Shown here in pieces: positions 61,195 through 64,000 of a DNA stretch of 64,000 nucleotides (the first letter of the stretch is position 1; every line of letters starts with the position of its first letter). This stretch comes from Bdellovibrionota bacterium FG-1 (lineage in GTDB: Bacteria > Bdellovibrionota > UBA1018). The stretch covers positions 32,001 through 96,000 of the forward strand of contig JBBCAW010000005.1 of the NCBI GenBank assembly GCA_051382295.1, written 5' to 3'. Both the position numbers and the translations under genes were made by a program. The notes under the pieces are model-generated. The model ran no database searches, was not told the DNA's origin, and saw only the letters and a program-made list of their open reading frames with translations.

Positions 61195-63211
61195 GCGATC
61201 GCCTTACCTTTTCAATTTCTTCTTGGAAGTTTTGAGTCATGGAGCGTTCTTTCTCCTCGTGCTGTGCTAGAAGCTGGGCGATTCGTTGTTCGTATTGCCG
61301 AGACTGATCTTCTAGCCCGGTTCTCACTTTTCGCTCCCCCTCGCGCTGGGTCAGTTGCAGCTGGGATCGAAGTTCATCGATTCGCTCATCATAATCGATT
61401 TTTTGATCCGCGATCTTCTTATCATACTCACGAATAGTTTCATTTTGTTTTGAGGCAAAGTTTCGATGAGCCATTTTAGACTGAAAATCGGCTTCTTGCC
61501 TGAAAGCGCCCATTTTGGTGGCCGCGTCGTCTCGCACGGCCTGGATCATGGTTTCGAATTCATTGCGTTGGCGCTGGTTCATTTGCGAGAAGGAGCGGTT
61601 CATGCCTTCGGTCTCGCGCGAATGATCGTAGTCTCGATTGCGTATAGCTTCTTCTTTTTCTAATTCGACGGCAGAGGCATGTTCGCGGAATCGACCAATT
61701 TCTTGCTGACGCGTGAGCAGGTTGTCCCGTTCCTGTTTGGTTAGAACCTGCGTATGTTCCTCATCGGTGGTGTGCATCCGGTCCGAGTAATTATTCCGCA
61801 TCTGTTCAAGTGCGCGCCGAGAACGCTCCGTCTCGGCGTTCATGGTTTTGTCGTATTCTTTGGTGATCGACTTCCTTACCGCGTTTTCTACTGCTGGAGT
61901 GACTTCTGAAGTGTCTTGTACCGTCGCTTTACGTTGAAGCTCTTTTTCAAGGCGTTGAACCTTATCGTTGGCGGTGATGTTAGAGGCCTCGGTGCTCTCC
62001 CGAAATACTTTGGCTTGATTTTGAAGGGCTACATGTCGTTGTTCATTCACTCCGGTGAGGGCGGTTTCCAACTGGTCTTGGGCTTTAACTCGGTCGTTTT
62101 TCATGCGACTTTCGAGATCTAAATTGCTTTTTTCGTAGCGCGAAATAATATCTTTTTGTTGTTCGTGGTTTTCGTTGCCGACTTTGGACATCAAGGCTGC
62201 AAAGCGAGTGTCTTTTTCTTTCGTGTTTCGTCCGTTGCTGGCCGTGAAATAATTTTCAGTCTCCTTTATTTTTTGGCGGGTGCGATCCATTTCTCGTGCA
62301 TGGCTGTCTTGTTCAATTTCCAGCTTGGCCCGCCATTCATCATTATATTCCTTGACTGCATCTGCCGTGCCTTGACCTTTTTCCTTGACGTAAACCCCTT
62401 CACTGGCGACGAGGTCTTTCATTTGATCGCGGAGCGCGGTCGTTTGCTCAGCGTTGGTTTGAGTCATTTTTTGAGTCAAATCTTCCAGTTTATTAGTGCT
62501 GTCGCGGTGGTTTTTATTGATGCGGCTTTCGATGGCGGATTCATCATGAAAGCGCTGATTTTCGAGGCTTTTTTCAGAATCGGCCACGATTTTTTCGAGT
62601 TCGCGGTGCTGCGCGGCCGCATCTTTCATTCGGTCTTGGTTGAGTCCATCGTATCTTTTTTGCAGTTCGTGCCGTTGCTCATCTCCGGCACTGCGATCTT
62701 TTTGGAAGGCTTGAGAAAAGTTTTCCTGGGAGGTTTGCCGAGCCTCTTGCATCGCACGCTCCATTTTGGCGCCATCGCTGCGGCTCATTTCCTCCATTTG
62801 TTTGCTTTGTGTGTCCTCGGACGCCTTCATGTTTCGGACGTCGTTTTCGTGAAGAAGGGCCGAGCTCTCGACCGTCTGCTGTAAGAGCTGCTTGTATTTG
62901 TCCGCTTCGTCGGTCTTGATGCGGCCGAAACGGTCATAATTGGACCTTTTCATCTGATCCAATTCGGCCCGATCGCCTTCACGGCTTCGAGTTGAGGACT
63001 CCTGAAAGTCGTCTCGAATTTTTTCAACCGCCTGATCTGATTTTTCTTGATGCTTATTGATCGAGTTGCGATAGCCTTTTTCGATTTCGTCGACTCGTTC
63101 TCTGCCTCTTTGCTCGTTCCGGGCGTAATCCCGCTTGAGTTCGTCCTCGAGCTCGTTGATGTGTTTCATGTAGTAGCTGTTATTGCCATCGGACGGGGTC
63201 ACGGAAGCCAT
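61166..63211 (-). CDS. Long coiled-coil hypothetical protein
   Basis: 681 aa, E/Q/R/K-rich, GGAG RBS. Confidence 0.85.
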   Translation of the reverse strand: MASVTPSDGNNSYYMKHINELEDELKRDYARNEQRGRERVDEIEKGYRNSINKHQEKSDQAVEKIRDDFQESSTRSREGDRAELDQMKRSNYDRFGRIKTDEADKYKQLLQQTVESSALLHENDVRNMKASEDTQSKQMEEMSRSDGAKMERAMQEARQTSQENFSQAFQKDRSAGDEQRHELQKRYDGLNQDRMKDAAAQHRELEKIVADSEKSLENQRFHDESAIESRINKNHRDSTNKLEDLTQKMTQTNAEQTTALRDQMKDLVASEGVYVKEKGQGTADAVKEYNDEWRAKLEIEQDSHAREMDRTRQKIKETENYFTASNGRNTKEKDTRFAALMSKVGNENHEQQKDIISRYEKSNLDLESRMKNDRVKAQDQLETALTGVNEQRHVALQNQAKVFRESTEASNITANDKVQRLEKELQRKATVQDTSEVTPAVENAVRKSITKEYDKTMNAETERSRRALEQMRNNYSDRMHTTDEEHTQVLTKQERDNLLTRQQEIGRFREHASAVELEKEEAIRNRDYDHSRETEGMNRSFSQMNQRQRNEFETMIQAVRDDAATKMGAFRQEADFQSKMAHRNFASKQNETIREYDKKIADQKIDYDERIDELRSQLQLTQREGERKVRTGLEDQSRQYEQRIAQLLAQHEEKERSMTQNFQEEIEKVRRSHVINPSKKS

Positions 63212-63235
63212 GCATTTGTCTCCAATGTGCTGTTG

Positions 63236-63252
63236 AGCAAGCTTCGTGCCGA
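63236..63252 (-). promoter_or_regulatory. Sigma-54 promoter
   Basis: TCGGCAC-GAAGC-TTGCT. Confidence 0.75.
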
Positions 63253-63393
63253 ACTTACCGTTTCGGCCTTGATCAAAAATTTCTTTAATTTCATGTACGG
63301 CGGATCGAAAAACGAGTTCATTTCTGCGAGCAAATAAAAATCTCTGGGTAAAAATTTCCGTTGAGGCAATTGTTGCCTACTGACCGCTGAGTG

Positions 63394-63948
63394 CTAAAAC
63401 CTTGAACCCTCGATGGCTTTTTTAGTTTTTTCTTCTTCCAGATAAGTCAGCTTCATTCGGACAAAAATAATCCGCCCGATTCGATAGAGTAGCGTGTTTT
63501 CGTCGATCGTGTCGGTCTCCATAGGACGCCAGCCTTCCAAAACGTCGCGCTGAACGAGCTGCTCTTTCTGCACAGACACTTTGACCGAGGGTTGGCCGTT
63601 GTAAAAACCTTTGGCGACATTCACTCGAAAACGGTATTGAGCCTTGAGATAGGAGTCTTGGCCGCCAAAGGAATCGACAAAGTTTTTCTCGGCCGTATTT
63701 TCGTTCCATTTGGTCTGAACGTAACCGCCCTCGCGGTTGGAAACATCCAGGCGGCTCATTTTGAGTGAATCGAGGACTGCCTGCCAAGCAGTATTGAAAT
63801 CAGTGAGGTAGATGCGGTGAAACACTTGGGCGGTGTCTTCGCCCATGCTTTGTTTATACGCGGTCACACAACCCGATGCATTAAAAATCAATGCCGCGAG
63901 GGTCGCCAGAATCATGACCAGGCTGATCCGCTGAGGGGTTTGGTGCAT
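63394..63948 (-). CDS. Lipoprotein (possibly BamC/NlpB-like fold)
   Basis: ASGC lipobox; W.A....L...NREGG.V.T.W pattern. Confidence 0.7.
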   Translation of the reverse strand: MHQTPQRISLVMILATLAALIFNASGCVTAYKQSMGEDTAQVFHRIYLTDFNTAWQAVLDSLKMSRLDVSNREGGYVQTKWNENTAEKNFVDSFGGQDSYLKAQYRFRVNVAKGFYNGQPSVKVSVQKEQLVQRDVLEGWRPMETDTIDENTLLYRIGRIIFVRMKLTYLEEEKTKKAIEGSRF

Positions 63949-64000
63949 CTCTATTCTAGTTTGGCCCCGAGTGGGCCGGAGTGCAAGTTCGGTTTCGCGG

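Noticed and set aside
62156..62884. 242-aa plus-strand ORF and other antisense or alternate-frame ORFs in the track
   Set aside because: Shadows of well-supported genes, with no independent motifs or RBS.

Overview
This is a roughly 53% GC chromosomal window. The gene content and order (carD-cysS; accA-gmk-relA; miaB-guaB-guaA; xerD-S2P-trpS-scpA-scpB-rluB; mutS; pyk), the many secreted orphan proteins and the many sigma-54 promoters suggest a Bdellovibrionota/Oligoflexia-like organism (inference). Most of the window is housekeeping. The accessory block between tRNA-Ala (25.4 kb) and a GcvH-like gene (31.7 kb) stands out. It holds a 13-bp VNTR, two paralogous Gly-rich secreted proteins with a shared promoter design, a low-GC toxin-antitoxin pair, and two palindromic elements. 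It also holds the best candidate for a new system: three tandem ~430-bp units. Each unit has a canonical sigma-54 promoter, an mRNA whose 5' and 3' ends pair over 13 bp, an RBS-sequestering hairpin, and a 50-51 aa cationic amphipathic peptide, resembling a type I toxin or antimicrobial peptide. Other oddities are a GcvH without its lipoyl Lys, a HisKA/pseudo-HATPase/degenerate-GGDEF protein that keeps an RxxD site, a CcsBA-like fusion lacking the WWD motif, strand-specific 3'-UTR heptamer repeats, a candidate anti-SD sRNA, and a gene graveyard near guaA. All calls come from reading motifs by eye; no searches were run.
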